Shown: positions 12,833 through 30,700 of the stretch, one piece after another
Position numbering within the stretch: position 1 is the stretch's first letter
Layout of the letters: each line of letters begins with the position of its first letter
Assembly: GCF_000315625.1 (NCBI RefSeq)
Contig: NW_005434631.1
Location: 124,001 to 188,000 of the forward strand
Length of the DNA stretch: 64,000 nucleotides
DNA from: Guillardia theta CCMP2712
Lineage: Eukaryota > Protista > Cryptophyta
Direction: 5' to 3'
Translations under genes and position numbers: made by a program
The notes under the pieces: generated by a model
What the model saw: only the letters and a program-made list of their open reading frames with translations
What the model was told of the DNA's origin: nothing
Database searches by the model: none

Positions 12833-15800
12833 TCACCAACTGGAATGTAATATAAGCGAGTGATGTCATCAACTGACTGCTCTCACCTCGAAAAGTCTCC
12901 GAAACCAGCACGAGGAGCCGCCTTGTTCTTCTGCTTCGAGAGAGGAACGTTGACCCACCTGCCTTGTATCAGCTCTTCCCCAGCTCCGGCATCTCTCACA
13001 TGTCATCCCCATTATCCTGCTGCTCCGCCGCCTCCTTCTTGCCCTGGACAGCTCATCAGCCAGCAGGAGGCAGCAGGACTTGGCTCTAACCTCCTCCTCC
13101 TTCTTTGGCGCGATGTATTTGCCGACGCCCTCCTTGTAGAGAGTGACCTGCGGAAACGAGTTCATTCCCTACACCCTCTTCCTTCCCTCCCATGGTGCCC
13201 ACTCCAAGCTCCTGTCCTTTCTCCCGTCCTCTCCTCTTCCCTTCCTCACCTTGCTTGCTGCAGCCGCCGAAGGGTTCGAGTACCACTGGGTGAAACTGGA
13301 TGGAGGAGGGAAAGCTCAGCGTGAACTGCAAAACTTCAAGAGAGCGAGTTAGAAGCCAACCCCTCATTGTCTTCCGCTTCAATCTTCTTCTTCTTCTTCT
13401 TGTCCTCCACCTGTAACTCCCTCAATCCCCGTACCGCCACAGTCTCACTGCCCCCTCGCCTCTTTGATTTCATTGCTCTTCTTTTCCTCGAAGTACGCCT
13501 TGAGATCCGTCTCGAACGGATTCACGAACACGACCTGCAACAAACTTCACTGCACAAAGACCAGGTATGCGAGTCGTCTCGGACAAAGGAAGAGTGAGAT
13601 TTGCATGTGTAGGGAAGTACACGGTTGTCAGGAGTCAAGGCATGTCATCGTCCATACCACTTCTTTGACGATGATGTCTTCTGTCGGACAGTCCTTGGCA
13701 TCTGTTTCGATCCTCTCTGTCCAGGAGAAGTCAGGAGTTTCTCATCAAAGTCTCGCCTTTGCAAAGCCAATAGATATCAGAAAGCATCAAATTTCACCCA
13801 GACATTTCAAATTCAATCTCACGGTGACACTTGTATACATGTAACATTCTCACAAAAATCCATGCAAGGTGCTCAGCAGCTGAACTCACCCAACTTCCTT
13901 AACGTGTCGATGCCACCGACAACAGAGCCGAAGATCGAATGCTTCTTGTCTTGTCACAACTCACTGTCAGCCCTCGTCCTCCCATCGCCATGAACAACAC
14001 CGAGATGAGGACAAGCTTTGAAGGTGATGAAGAACTGTGGAAGTTGTTCATTTCCAGTGCTCCTCCTCATTCCCTTCCTACCTGCGACCCATTGGTATTC
14101 GGCCCCGCGTTCGCCATACTCAGGATACCCCGCGCACTGGAGAAGCGAGAGCAATTGAGTGAGCAGGAGCAGGCAACAGAAACTTTCATCTACTTGTGCG
14201 ACAGCCTGCTGTCTATCTCGTCCTCGAACTTCTCCCCCCAGCAGCTCTCTCCTCCCCTCCCCTGCCCCTCCGTCAGCACCATCCCTCCGACCATCGTCCT
14301 CACAGTCCCCGTTGGGTCCCCTCCTTGGATCATGAAGTCGGGGATGAGACGATGGAATTTCGTTCCTTCAAGGGTTTCAGTGAGACCGAAAGAGGGAGAA
14401 AGTCGGGGCAAGCAAGCAAATGCGCAGAGAACAAACGGGGCAGATGTGGAATTGGGAAGCACAAAGCAAAGGAGAGGGGATCGACAGGGGAGGTGAAAGA
14501 GCTGAGGGAAGGAGCGGAGGGAAGGTGTGGAGGTGAGGGGAGGACGAAAAAGTCTTGTGTAGCACCGTTGTAATATCCTCTTGCGCAGAGAGTTAAGAAA
14601 TTCTGCAATACAAGGTTAGCATACCCAGCAAATGAGTATAAAGACAATACTTCAGAAGTCGAGGGAACCCAATCGCATCTGATCTCGAGGTTCAAGTCTC
14701 CTACACCATGACAAGGGTATGTCAGGGCAGAAAATGCTTAGGGGTAAAGAGGCAAGGGAGCGAGAAGCACAAGGCCGCAAAAAGGAGTATTGGAGAACAG
14801 AGAATAGAGAGAGGAGAGAGGCGAGAGGCGAGAGGCGAGAGGCGAGAGGAGAGAGGCGAGAGGCGAGAGGAGAAAGGAGAGAGGAGAGGGGAGGAGGTGT
14901 TTTAGGTCTAGATGGAGAGGGAGAAGGATGGCAGAAACGCTTCACCATGGGTTGTCTTGAGCTGCACGTATCCTTTCTTCCCGATCTGCCGCATGATCCT
15001 CCATCTCTCCTGCTCGCAGAATATTCAAAATATCAACTATGTGGGATTTGAATTGTGATTGACAGGACGCGGAGGAAAGAGGAGAAGGATGAAAAGGGGG
15101 AGATGAAAAAAAGAAACAGGGAGATGAAGAGGAACGACGTAGAGGAAAAAGGAAAGCGATGAGAAAAGACCTGTTTGATCTCCTTCTCCGACATCGCCTG
15201 CTCTTCCACCTGCCATGCTTGTGTCAGTCATCTGCTCTTCGTCATCGACTCTCCTCCATTAATCTCCTCGCCCTCATTCCTCGCCCATCTTCACCTTATA
15301 ATGCACGTCAATCGCCGAGGAGGTGAACGATGCAGCCATCGCTCCGCTGGAGATTCCTTTCTTCCTCTTTGATGCGCAATCAGATGTCAGCTGAGAGCAG
15401 GAGCAAGTGCCAGCATGCAAATCCAATGTACTGACCTTCAACGGATCGTTCCTCTCAGCCTCCATTGCCTCCTCCCTAGCTCTCTTCGCCTTCGCCTTCA
15501 TTCCTTGGCATCAGCTCCAGAGATTCGATCTTCCCGATCTACCTCAGCAGCAAGTAGAGAAGCTTGCGATGGCCTCTGCGCTCCTGTTGCTCCCGGTGCA
15601 CTCAACCCAGCCTGCATTCCGCTCAGTCGGAGAGATGAAAGGACGGGATGAAGCTGTATAGGGGTAGCGAGAGCGAAAACAAGATGTTGGGAAGGTGATG
15701 ACAAATAAAGGAGGAGGAGGAAGAGGAGGAGGAAGAGGATGACGTTGGAGGGAGGGGGTGGAGAAGGAGCAGGATGGATGGAGGATGGATGGAGGGGGAG

Positions 15801-17234
15801 GGGGAGCGGGAGGAGGATGGATGGATGGAGGGGAGGGGGGAGGGGGGGACCTTGTCCAGAATTCTTCTTGTCTCCTCGTCCACTTTCATCTCAGCAACCT
15901 TCCTCGCCTGCAACTCAAAGTGTGAGCCTGTCCCTTGCAAGCCTGCCCCACCTTGGTGTCCTCGCCCGACTGGATGTGCTGGAACTTGTTGATCTCCCTG
16001 TTGGAGAAGTTGTGAGGGTCCTGTAAAGACGGCGAGGTCAGTGAGGAAAACCCCTGCGAAGAAACTCGACGTCAACCTGGAGGGTTATGATGTCTTTCTT
16101 GGTGAAAGGCTCGTCAGTGATAAGATCTCTCATGTTCTGAACACATTCAAGTCTCAACTCTCCACCTGCTCTGTCCGACATCATCACGCACGAACCTTGG
16201 TTTTCAAACACAGCGTATCGATCGCCTCATGGCAGTAGACATGCCCAGAAGTCTTGCGAGGACGAGTTAGCACAACTGGCCAGAGAGAGGCTCTTCACGA
16301 ACGCACCTTGATCGCAACGATGTGCGTGTGGGCAGTGAAGGTCTTGAACATGATGGGGCAGTGGTACTCGTCCTTCTCATTCTTGTGAAACGTTAACTTC
16401 GTCAGCTCCTTCACGCTCAGCGGCTGCCCCGTCACAGGGCATCTGTTCGTAACGTGTTAGGGATCTTGCAGAGACTGAGAAGAGTGATCATCGGCACGAG
16501 AGTGCATAGCAAAGAGATCCACTCAAACATCACAGACACTATGCAAGAACAAAGCTTTCTTCACCGTTTGTTCTTCTGCACGTAGGGAATGATGTTCAAC
16601 ATATCATAAACAACCCCCTGAGGCGTCATCATAGGATCCTGATAACACCATCTCAGCCCTCTCCTCCTCTCCTCCTCTCCTCTTAGAAGCAGGGACCTCA
16701 AACGGCTGCAGAGACAGAGAGCAGCAGAAGAAAGGAAGACATCGATGAGGCGCTTTCGCTGCTAGCCCCCCTGCAAGGCGACAAGCATCAGAACTCGCCG
16801 CGAACGCTGACTTCCTCCCCTCCTCCTATCGTCTATTCTCATTCACGTTTTCTCTGCCGTCTCTAGGTGTCAAGTATCTCATCTCATCACTGCACTACCG
16901 CTACCATCATCCTGCTCCTGCATCAATTCTGCTTGGGTTTCAACTGGTTTCCCCGGCCCATCCTACTCCATTCTCTCCTCGCTCATGTCGACGTTGATTT
17001 CTTCGTGTCTCCAACTCTCTTTCCCCTCATTCTCTTCCTCCTCCTGAAACTTTCGCCTCCACCCACTCCTCCCTCCAATCCACTATTCCATTCCTTTCTC
17101 CTCCCATTTCTGCTCTCCCCGCCCATCCCCGCCCCTCCCCTCTTCTCACCTTTGCTCTTGTATCCTCCTCCTTCTGTCTGCCATTCTGAGTGCAAGATGT
17201 ACATCTTGTCCTTGGAATGCTGTTTCTTCCCCAT
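12833..17234 (-). CDS. PPIL2: U-box cyclophilin Cyp60/PPIL2, many exons
   Basis: N-terminus [14 protein letters not shown]-box-like [14 protein letters not shown]...[19 protein letters not shown]. Cyclophilin motifs [23 protein letters not shown] and [10 protein letters not shown]. The C-terminal GFGDFS|SW* is completed by a last mini-exon ending at 12833. Confidence 0.9.
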
Positions 17235-17523
17235 GGCGCCTGTCGTTCAAGTACCCTACCCCACAATTCCACCTTCTAACTCACCGGTACTGTTAAATTT
17301 CAATCTTTTGCTACTACCCACCCTCCACATACATCGTAAAAATAATTAGTAGTAATAGCTAAAACTTTTAGGTTTGTGACTAATATGGATTTGCGTGGGT
17401 GGGGTACATGAATATCAAAAATCAAATCAAATTAGACGAAAAAGTTTTGAAATTTTGTCTGAATAGATAATTCTGTTTTCAAAATGTACAGTTTGTGGGT
17501 TGGGTAGTTGAAGGTGGCGCACT

Positions 17524-19506
17524 ATGGCAGCAGGATGGGCCAAGGCTGCAGCGGTGATGGCGGCGGCGATGTACGGGGCGATGAAGATGATAGAAGAGAT
17601 GAGGTAAACTTCATGCAAATGCCTTCGGAGCAGAAGAAACTTCATGTTGATGACTTGAGCTTGAGATGAGAAAAAGTATCGATTCCATCCAGTGAATTGA
17701 AGGAACGTATTTCATCTGTTGCAAGTGTGGTTCTGCAATGGAGAATCAGTGATGTGTCATGATTTAAAAGCAGAGAATCTAAAGACGCAAGTGTCGATCG
17801 TGAATGAATGTGGTCACACAGGAAACGAGGAATGATTGGGACAGAAGAATGGGTTGAGGTTGGCGAAGTGACCTCCCTCCACATTTATCCTATCAAGAGC
17901 TGCAAGGGCCAAGCGCAGGAGAGCATGCAGCTTGACGAGTATGGTGCAGTGAATGACAGGAGGTACATGATCGTTGACGAGAACGGGCGCTTCGTCACAC
18001 AGAGACAGGAGGCAGCGCTCTGTCAGATCGCTCCCGCGGTGCGATAGAAATCTCCCAGTAAATATCTCCTCTCATGCTGCTCGTTTGCAGATCAACCTCG
18101 ACGGTTCGCTAAAGGTAGAGGCTCCTGGAATGACTTCATGCACAGTGAAGACCACCAAAAGAACGAGTGCAGGTGCTCCCCTTCCTCTTTCTCCTGGTCT
18201 TCCCCGCGCTCCTCCCGTGCAACACCTTTTCCCTAGTCTCCTTGCCTGCCCTCCCAGCTCACATGCTTGTAGACCATGCCGAGCTAGAAGCCGGTATCTG
18301 GGAGGACGACGTGAAGGTGGTGGATCAAGGAGGAGAGATCTCTTCGTGGCTCTCGAGCTTCGTGGGAAGGAACTTGCGGCTGGTAGGAATGTCGGACAAG
18401 TACGAGAGAACCTCCAACAGGAGATTCACTCCTCGTCGATCCTTCGGCAAGACAGCCTTCTCTGACGGATATCCCCTCCTCCTCATTTCCGAGGTTCTCC
18501 CCTTGGCCCCGTCCTCAGAACTTCCTCACCCCTGTCAATGTCGCCCTCTTCCCTGTCCAGCGCAGCAACTGCTGCGCCCGAACTTCACTTGCCTATAACC
18601 TGCGTTTGAACTTTTGTCCCATCCTCCTGCTCGTCTCCCTCTCCCTTTGGTGTTCTCTCTTTCTTCTCTCTCCTATCTTCCTCCCACCCTCCCCATTTTC
18701 TCTCCACCCCCCCCCCCCTCCCCTCCCTCCCTCCCTTATTCGCCTGATCATCTCTCAGGAATCTCTGCACTACCTCAACTCTCTCCTCTCCGTCCCGCTA
18801 CCCATGAATAGATTCCGGTGAGCCCACTGATGAGCCTGCGGCTCTAACTTCCCTTGCTGCAGACCCAACATCGTCATAAAGACTGACTGCGGAGCTTTCG
18901 CGGAAGACTCGTGGAGGCGCATTAAGATCCACGACATGGTGTGCCCCTGCGCCTTGTCCTCTTTTCCCCCACCAGACCTCAACCTGCAACATCGTTACCT
19001 TGGCGTCAGGAGATGGACGTCGTCAAGCCCTGCTCTCGCTGCAAGATCACCACGACAGACCAGGTGATACCTCTGAGGAGGAGAAGGAGCAGGACGGGAG
19101 TAGTGGGAGGGGGAGGGGGAAGGGGCGGGGGAGGGTGAGAAAGCCGGAGAGGAGGAAGAGGTAGAGGACAATTCGGAACTGCAGATGCGCTGACAGTCGA
19201 TGAAGAGCACAGGATTCCGAGACGAGGAGCCGTTGATTACACTGTCTCGTTTCCGCAAGTGAGGACGGGATAAAAGTGGGATGGAGTGGGTGGGGAGAGA
19301 GGGAAGGGTTGAGGGGGCAGGAGCAGGCAGGGACAATGACAGCTCCCTGGTGCAGGAGGAAGGACATCGGGGCTCCTTGTGGAGACAAGACGGACGTGTT
19401 CTTCGGGCAGAACCTTTGTCACATGCAGGAAGGAGAGATTAGGAAAGGTCACAGAGTCTTCGCTCGCCAGAATCGCTTCCCTTTCCTCTCTCCCATTTTC
19501 GTGTGA
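17524..19506 (+). CDS. MOSC-domain protein (mARC/YcbX-like), multi-exon
   Basis: VTSLHIYPIKSCKG, DRRYMIVD..GRFVTQR, FSDGYPLLLISE, MNRFRPNIV, VVKPCSRCKITT and VFFGQN. The first exon MAAGWAKAAAVMAAAMYGAM splices in frame to RKRGMIG. Confidence 0.9.
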
Positions 19507-19863
19507 CGAGATAGGTAAACACCTCTCTTCACCGCTGCCTTCACTCCCTGTCAAACATTCTCTTGTGGCCTCCTCCTCCACCACCACTCCTGTGGTCGTC
19601 ATCAACCATCATCATCATTTCATCCTCCTTGATTCTTGACAGGAATACAGTTTCATGCAGATGGTGACGTGGAAGCAGGGGATGCGAACAGATGGAGAAG
19701 AGAGAGGTAGTAGGAAATTCGGGTAGATCGAAGGAACAGTAGGAGGCTGTCAAGGGGAGAATGTAGGACAGGAGGTATCATAGAGAACTTTTCCATCAGA
19801 GTTTTGCACACAATCAGAGTAGTTGACACATTTACTGTTCCATCGCCTGCCTCATGGTTGACT

Positions 19864-23881
<4,018 letters not shown>

Positions 23882-24899
23882 TGCGAGGCTGATCGGGTGT
23901 CTGAGGGGATGGGGGGTGGAGGGGTAGAGTCAGGGGGAAACAGAGGGGTACGAATTTTTTAAGGGGGTATGGGTTATTCTGAGCTTCGTCAACTCCTACA
24001 GGGTCATGGCATTTTCCTTTTAATTTTGGGGTGGGGGTACATCAGCAGGGGGTGCGGGAAGAGCTCAGGTCGACCTCCATAGGGTAATCATGGAGAAATC
24101 TAGATGAGGCATAAAGGAAACGAGGGGTGGTAGGGGTTCAGGGTGGTAAATTCATGGGGGTGATCCGATCCCTAAAAATTCTGGGGTAGAATTTACCCCA
24201 TCTGCTGAAAAAATACCTGAAGTACCCACCCTTGGGACTAGTTTTAGGTATGGTGGGGTCTTTAAATTTTGTAGAGGGAAAGAGGAGGCCGAATCTGGGT
24301 TGAAGCAAATGAGAGGGTGGTTGCAAACTACCCCCCTAGTTTCCTTGTATCCTGCTACAGATAAAGGGTGGGGTAGTGGGGTGATTCTGATTCGGGGGTA
24401 GGTATACAGCGACGTAAGCCGCTGTGTCGAAGTCCTCGTCGGAACCGGCGGTCGGCAGCGGGCCGGGAGCGGGGATCGGATCGGGCACGGGCCGCCGCCG
24501 GCCGCAGGCCGCAGGCCCTACGGAAAGTTGCCCAGCCATCCGAGGCATCCGAAGTTCCGAAGTTCGATAAAGGGAGGCTTCATGTATTTACAAGAGATTT
24601 AAGTTGGAACTTCGGAATGCAGTGATGTATTTACAAGAGATTTGAAACGAAACTTAGCGGCTGAGCGAATCAAGTGTCATTCATGGGGCGGCCGCAGACG
24701 CGCGGCGGCGGGCCGAAACGGTAACCCGGACCCGGCGCGACGGTCATCCTTGTACCACATAAAATTCAAGATCTCCAAAGTCAAAGTACTACAAGTTGCT
24801 CCAGCGTCAGTCACAGTATAAGATAGCCTGGCATTTAGAATGGAAATGCAAGCACAAATCTTACCATGCTGCCAAAGAAACAACATAGGCAGAAAACAG

Positions 24900-26720
24900 A
24901 CACCTGAATGAACGATGGATCAGTTTTGGCGCTACACGCGAAATCCCTTTACATGTTGAGCAACAGCACGAAACGTATGTGTTGCGACGTCGTTGCGGTA
25001 ATCACTCTTGAGCAGCAAGTCAGTAAGCAACGAGCAGGCGTGTCCGATCTTTCGATACCCAATCCTTCACCATATACATCCCAACAGGCAGGTACAACGT
25101 CACCTGAAATGGGACAAAAAGTGATTTATTTCCATTGAGATCCTGCCACTCTCACCGCAACGAGAAAAATGTTTGATATCCATCGCTTGTACCTGTAACA
25201 GACAAGAAGTGAGATTGAATTTACCAATATCGCTAGGGAAAATGAGGAATGAGGCAATCAAGCTATACCGTAGGCTTGTCTCAAGGCTTGTGTAGCTCTT
25301 GAACGGAATTGCAATCGACGGCTTTCCATCTTTGCTCTTAGTAAACGCTCGTTATTTCGAAAGCAACAAAGCAAATGACCCAACATACCCTTTTCGCCAA
25401 AGTTTGCGCCCTTTTGTAAAGTAGTTCATAGACAGATTTGATCATGTATAAATAGACGATGCTGCACCGCTTGTGATATTCGAATGCAAGACAGCCAACG
25501 TATTGTACCACGGTAGAAAGAACAGCAGAACGAAGCTCAGGTGGAGCTCAGGCGAGCTGCAAGCATGTCAGGAACAGAGGAGGACAGAGACAAAATCAAC
25601 CGTTCTGTATCAAAACATGCAAGCAACCCGAGGTTAGGAGCGGAGATAAGTCCAGCTTCGTTCCAAACACATCAGAAGAACGGATGTCTCAGTCAAATAT
25701 ACCGATGAGAGCGGCAAAGTTCCGTTTTGAACAGGTGCTGTCATTAGGATCCTTTCGAATAAAAGATGTTAGAATGAAAGAGAACAATAGACATCTCTGA
25801 CCGGATACGTTACATCCACATCGATGCATATCTTCCCATAATTGATAACGACAACCCAAACAATCAAGCACTGTAGCAAAAAGCGTCAAGAATGCTCCAG
25901 CTCAGCCAGGCACTAGAACCGAAGTTACAGTCAGCCCATAAGAGAACAACCCAGCTTGCGGCGCATCCTTTGCTGTATCACTGCAAGCACCTCTCTGAGC
26001 ACTTCACTTGAGATACCAATGATACCTGATGTAAGGCCAAGGGATCCCTCCGATGTCATGCCCGTAGTATCGATTCAGCGCTACACTGTCTGCTTGTTAG
26101 ACCATGAGAACCCCCCAACATGTGTAAAGAACCTTCCCAGAATCGAGCAAGATGCTACTAACAGTCCGAACAATGGTATGTACCTGGATGGGAAACTTTT
26201 TCTGGTCAATTGGAAAGGATAAAACGACATACACAGTCACCTGACAGCAACAGGCCTGATGTGCGGCGATCTTTCCTGGGATTGACAGAGTTAAGGTCGT
26301 GGGCAATATGGAATGGACAATTATGGAATACCTTGCCAACTTCCACTGTTTGGATCGTAGCAACCTTCACCGTTGGCATCTAAAACCTGCTTTTCACAGT
26401 GAGCACTTCCAGGACTTCGTGAAGTACCTGTGCTACAATCTACTGCATGCACACGAGAAACTTGTCATCTTCAATCATTCTCGAATGCATTCTAACCGTG
26501 GGATCAGCCCTCAAATTATCTTAGCTCCTATTCATAGCATCACTTTCCTTACTCCAGGTCCTGATCCCATTTTCCATTGGCTTCAAGTCCTCTTCTTCTC
26601 CCTGGCTTCGTCCTCCACATGCTTGTCAACCCCATCAACCGATCCTTCTGCTGCCCCTGCTGCCCTGTTCTTCGCCCCTCCCACTGCCCATCATATTTGC
26701 AGCTCCCACTCGGCGCATCG
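24900..26720 (-). CDS. Frag1/DRAM/Sfk1 (TMEM150-like) membrane protein, many small exons; boundaries approximate
   Basis: Splicing gives GGIPWPYIS|DTAKDAPQAGLFSYGLTVTSVL, matching the family's PYISDT..P..LF signature. Later segments LGLLACFDT and PELHLSFVLLFF resemble the conserved His-containing TM region. Confidence 0.6.
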
Positions 26721-27796
26721 TGCGATTGGAGAACGATTTGTTTGTTTCCATACGTTACAATAAAACGTATAGTACCTACCCTCCCAGATTCCTATTATTT
26801 CCAGGTAAACAGCAGGTATATTGTACTGCAATAAAAACTGTTGGGATCATTGTTCCGTTTTGTGGTGACATCCCTACCCATCCTTGGGGTAGTTATCACC
26901 CCCTCCTCTCTACCTAATTTTGTGCGTTACATCACCCCTTCCTTCTGCACCCCGACCCCCGTTTTTCCCTACAAGTCAAGTTTTAGAGCTCCTTTAGATC
27001 TTTTGTACTAATTCTTAAAAAGTGCGTGTTTTACTACTTGTTATTTTCCTAAATAATGAAATACCGTGAGACAATAAAACTTTGTTGATATTTCAATAAC
27101 TGTTTTTGGGAGCTTTTTCCGTATCGTATTAAAATATATTTTTGTTCAAAGTACTGCTTCTTGTACCAAGGTACTACACTAGAGGGTGCCACGTCTGATT
27201 CTCCCCCTCATGCAGGCCCTGCGCGGAGAGGACAGGGACAAGATGGGAGGGTGAGGGTGAACGGCAGCGAGGAGAAGGAAGAGGAGGAGGAGGAGTTTTT
27301 TACTGAGGACAGCAGGAAGCTAAGGGAAAAATGGAGTGCCTGAGGTAACGAGGAGACTGGATGTATTGCGCCCCTGGTTGGACCAGGAGGGCATGCTGAG
27401 AGGATCAGTGAGGGAAGGGAGGGAGAGGCTTCAACATGGTTGAAGGGAGGGCTGAAATGAAGATATGAGAAGGCATGTTGCAGAAGAGAGAGGAAGGGTG
27501 GCGAACAACAACTTGTGGCAGCGATTCTTCCCCACCCACACGGGGTGATTATGATAGGTTCATGGAGGAGGACCCACTGACTTGATAATTCTGTACGAGA
27601 GATCGAAGGTGATGAGAGAAACAAGCATCATTGAAAGTTTAACACTTGATTGTGATGCTGGTTTGAAGAATTTCATTCAGCCTATTGGACATGCTCCAAG
27701 TCCTGCTGGACTAACATGACAGCTGTTGGCAGGTTCGATTTGGGTTGTACCAAGCTTTGTATCGGCTTCACCGCAGCCGTTTTTGTCGCCTTCAAA

Positions 27797-30700
27797 ATGC
27801 TTCTCAAGACTGTGAGATCCTTTCTTCTCGTTTTTTTGGAGTAGCTTCTTTCTGTCTGTTTTGCCGATGATTGACAATCTTTTGTTGTTTTCTGTCTGAG
27901 ATGAGATTCTCTGAATCAGTCCTCCTCATAGCTCGTCCCTTTCACTTCTGAACGAAGTTCTTCAGGCAAAACGGTCTGCAACTGTCGCATGGTCGCCTCT
28001 CAGCAGCCATCGCGGGTTGATTGCAGTCGGAACTGTTGCCAATGCCATCGACGATTCGTTTGAGACCACAGCTGATCTGGAGATTCTTTCCATCGACTTC
28101 TCTCCGAACTCTGCCAAGGAAATGCCGTCAAAGGGGACAGTCAAGTCATCCGAGCGCTTTCACCGCCTCGCATGGGGTGGAATGTCTGCAGGAATGAACT
28201 CCTTCCCTCTTGGCATTCTAGCTGGTGGAATGGTAGATGGAAGCATCGGGCTCTGGAACCCGGCTGCGATCATCAAGTACTTGGTTGATCTTGCAAGCTC
28301 GTTCATCTGATGTTTGCTTGATCAAACAGAGAAGTAGAGGGCGAAGCACTCGTAGCCAAAGTCCAGAAGCACAAAGGCCCAGTCCGTGGACTTGACTTCA
28401 ACGTCTTCAAACCGAACCTCCTCGCATCTGGTGCGACCGAGTCCGAGGTAAGTGTGTTCTGCACATCTACAGAACGGAGAAGTGCTGGCTCTGGATGAAG
28501 TTCCTGTGCAGATTCTTATCTGGGACCTTGCAAGTCCTGCTTCTCCCAATGTATATACACCCGGTGCTGCAAGTCAGCCTTTCGCCGATATCAGCAGCGT
28601 CGCCTGGAATCCGAAGGTGCTGTAAACGACGTGAACCACCTCTTTTTTGAGGCTTTTAATTCAAGGTGGAGCATATCCTTGCGTCTACTGGGGCTAGCGG
28701 CAGCTCTGTGGTTTGGGATCTCCGCCAAAAGCGACCTGTACTAAACTTTTCCTTTGACAAGCTCTCTCGTGATGCCTTCCCTTTGATTTCAGGTCATTTC
28801 CTTCACAGACAGCTCCACAAAGACCTCGAGGTCAGCTCTTGCCTGGAATCCAGAAGTTGCTACTCAGGTATTTTGGCTCGAGCTGATGTGACAAGATACA
28901 CCCAGTGAAAACTTGACTCTTTCAGGTTATGGTTGCTTCAGATGATGACACGACTCCAGTTGTTCAGATGTGGGATCTAAGGAATGCTCATTCTCCTGCA
29001 AAGACGTTGATGGGACACACTCGGGGGATCTTGGACATCTCCTGGTGTCCGTTCGATGCCGCCATGCTTTTAACATGTGCTAAGGACAATCGAACCCTTT
29101 GCTGGAACCCAAGTACCGGTCAGATTTTGTGCGAGCTGCCGTCTAGCACCAATTGGAACTTTGACGTCCGATGGTCTCCAAAGCTGCCGGCCATCCTGAC
29201 CAGTGCTTCTTTCGACGGGTATGTGAACATTTACTCCCTGGCTGACACGGGTAGTGGACCATCATCGATTAAGCAGGTAGGCACTCTGTCTCTTGACACA
29301 GTATAGTTCTGAAATTTGTTTGCAGGCTCCTGGCTGGCTCAAACGTCCTGTTGGAGCATCGTTTGGCTTCGGAGGACAACTTGTCTCATTCAACAAGAGC
29401 TCGAATCCTGAGGCCCACAGAGCCGTCGTGCACATCCGCAAGCCTTGCACTGAGCCAGAGTTCATCGAGAGAGCCGAAGCCTTGGATGTTGCAATGACTC
29501 AGGGAATGTTGAAAGAGTTTTGTCAGAAGAAGGTCGAGACTGCAGATTCTCCCGATGAGGCGAACGAGTGGCAGTTTATGAACATCTTGTTCGATGAGGA
29601 CACCAGACGGAGGTTGACAAATTTTGTCGGATACAGCCGTGAAGATATCAGCAGTCAGGTAAGCGCTAGGAAGCGTGTCCTTACTTTGACCTCAGGAGTT
29701 GAGTTCAACTGCTGACAGGTGCTCGCTCTTCAACTGAAGGACTTGAAGATCAACGAGGGAGGATCCCTGCACAAGAAGGACAAGAAGAAGAACAAGGTTG
29801 AGGAGAGCACGGAAAAGCCGCAGCCTACACAAACTGCGAGCCAAGAGAGCGAGGCAGCGGCCAACTCGAGTGTAGATACCTTGTCCGTGATGTTTTTGGT
29901 TTGCGTTGGGCCGTCTGACGAATATTCTTGTTAGATTCGGCGGATCAGGCGAAGGAGATGACTTCCTTGGAGGCGCTGCTCCTGTTCCAGCTCAGAATCC
30001 TCCGGAAAGCAAACCTCAGCCCATACCTGAGTCTAAGCCTTTGGTGGATGAACCTGTCGGACCCAACGAAGTTCTTGATGAAGCCATCAAGAAGGCCATC
30101 ATCTGCGGAGAGTTTGAAGCTGCTGTGGATTGCTGCTTCAAGTTTGGACGCATGGCAGACGCGCTGCTTCTTGCAGCCACGGGGGGAAAGGAATTGTTTC
30201 AGAGAACACAAGAGAGATACCTCCAGCTGCACGAGGCCCAGCCATTCGTCAAGATTACGAGAAGCATCGTCAATCACCAACTTCAGTCGCTTGTGAGTTG
30301 TTCCCAGATAACTCCCTTTTACTGAATGCCCCTTATGTTCAATTTTGAATCTTTATGATTGAGAGAGCGTGTAACCTTCCTTTGTCTTCCAGGTTGAGCA
30401 GTCGGATCCAGCGGCCTGGAAGGAAACACTAGCTATTCTTGTTACGTACGCCACCGCCGATGAGTTCGCGACCTTGTGTGACAACCTGGCGACCAGACTA
30501 AAGGTGAGACATCTACTGTGACTGGTTGCAATGGACTGATGCTTTTTTGAATTCAGGAGGTTGGAAAGAATACCAAGGCTGCAATTCTCTGCTACATCTG
30601 TGCAGGGAATGTCGACAAGACTGTCGACATCTGGCTGCAGGAGGAGGCTTGGGCTGCGGGTTATTCCTCGATCAAGTTGCAGAATCTCATTGAGAAGATT

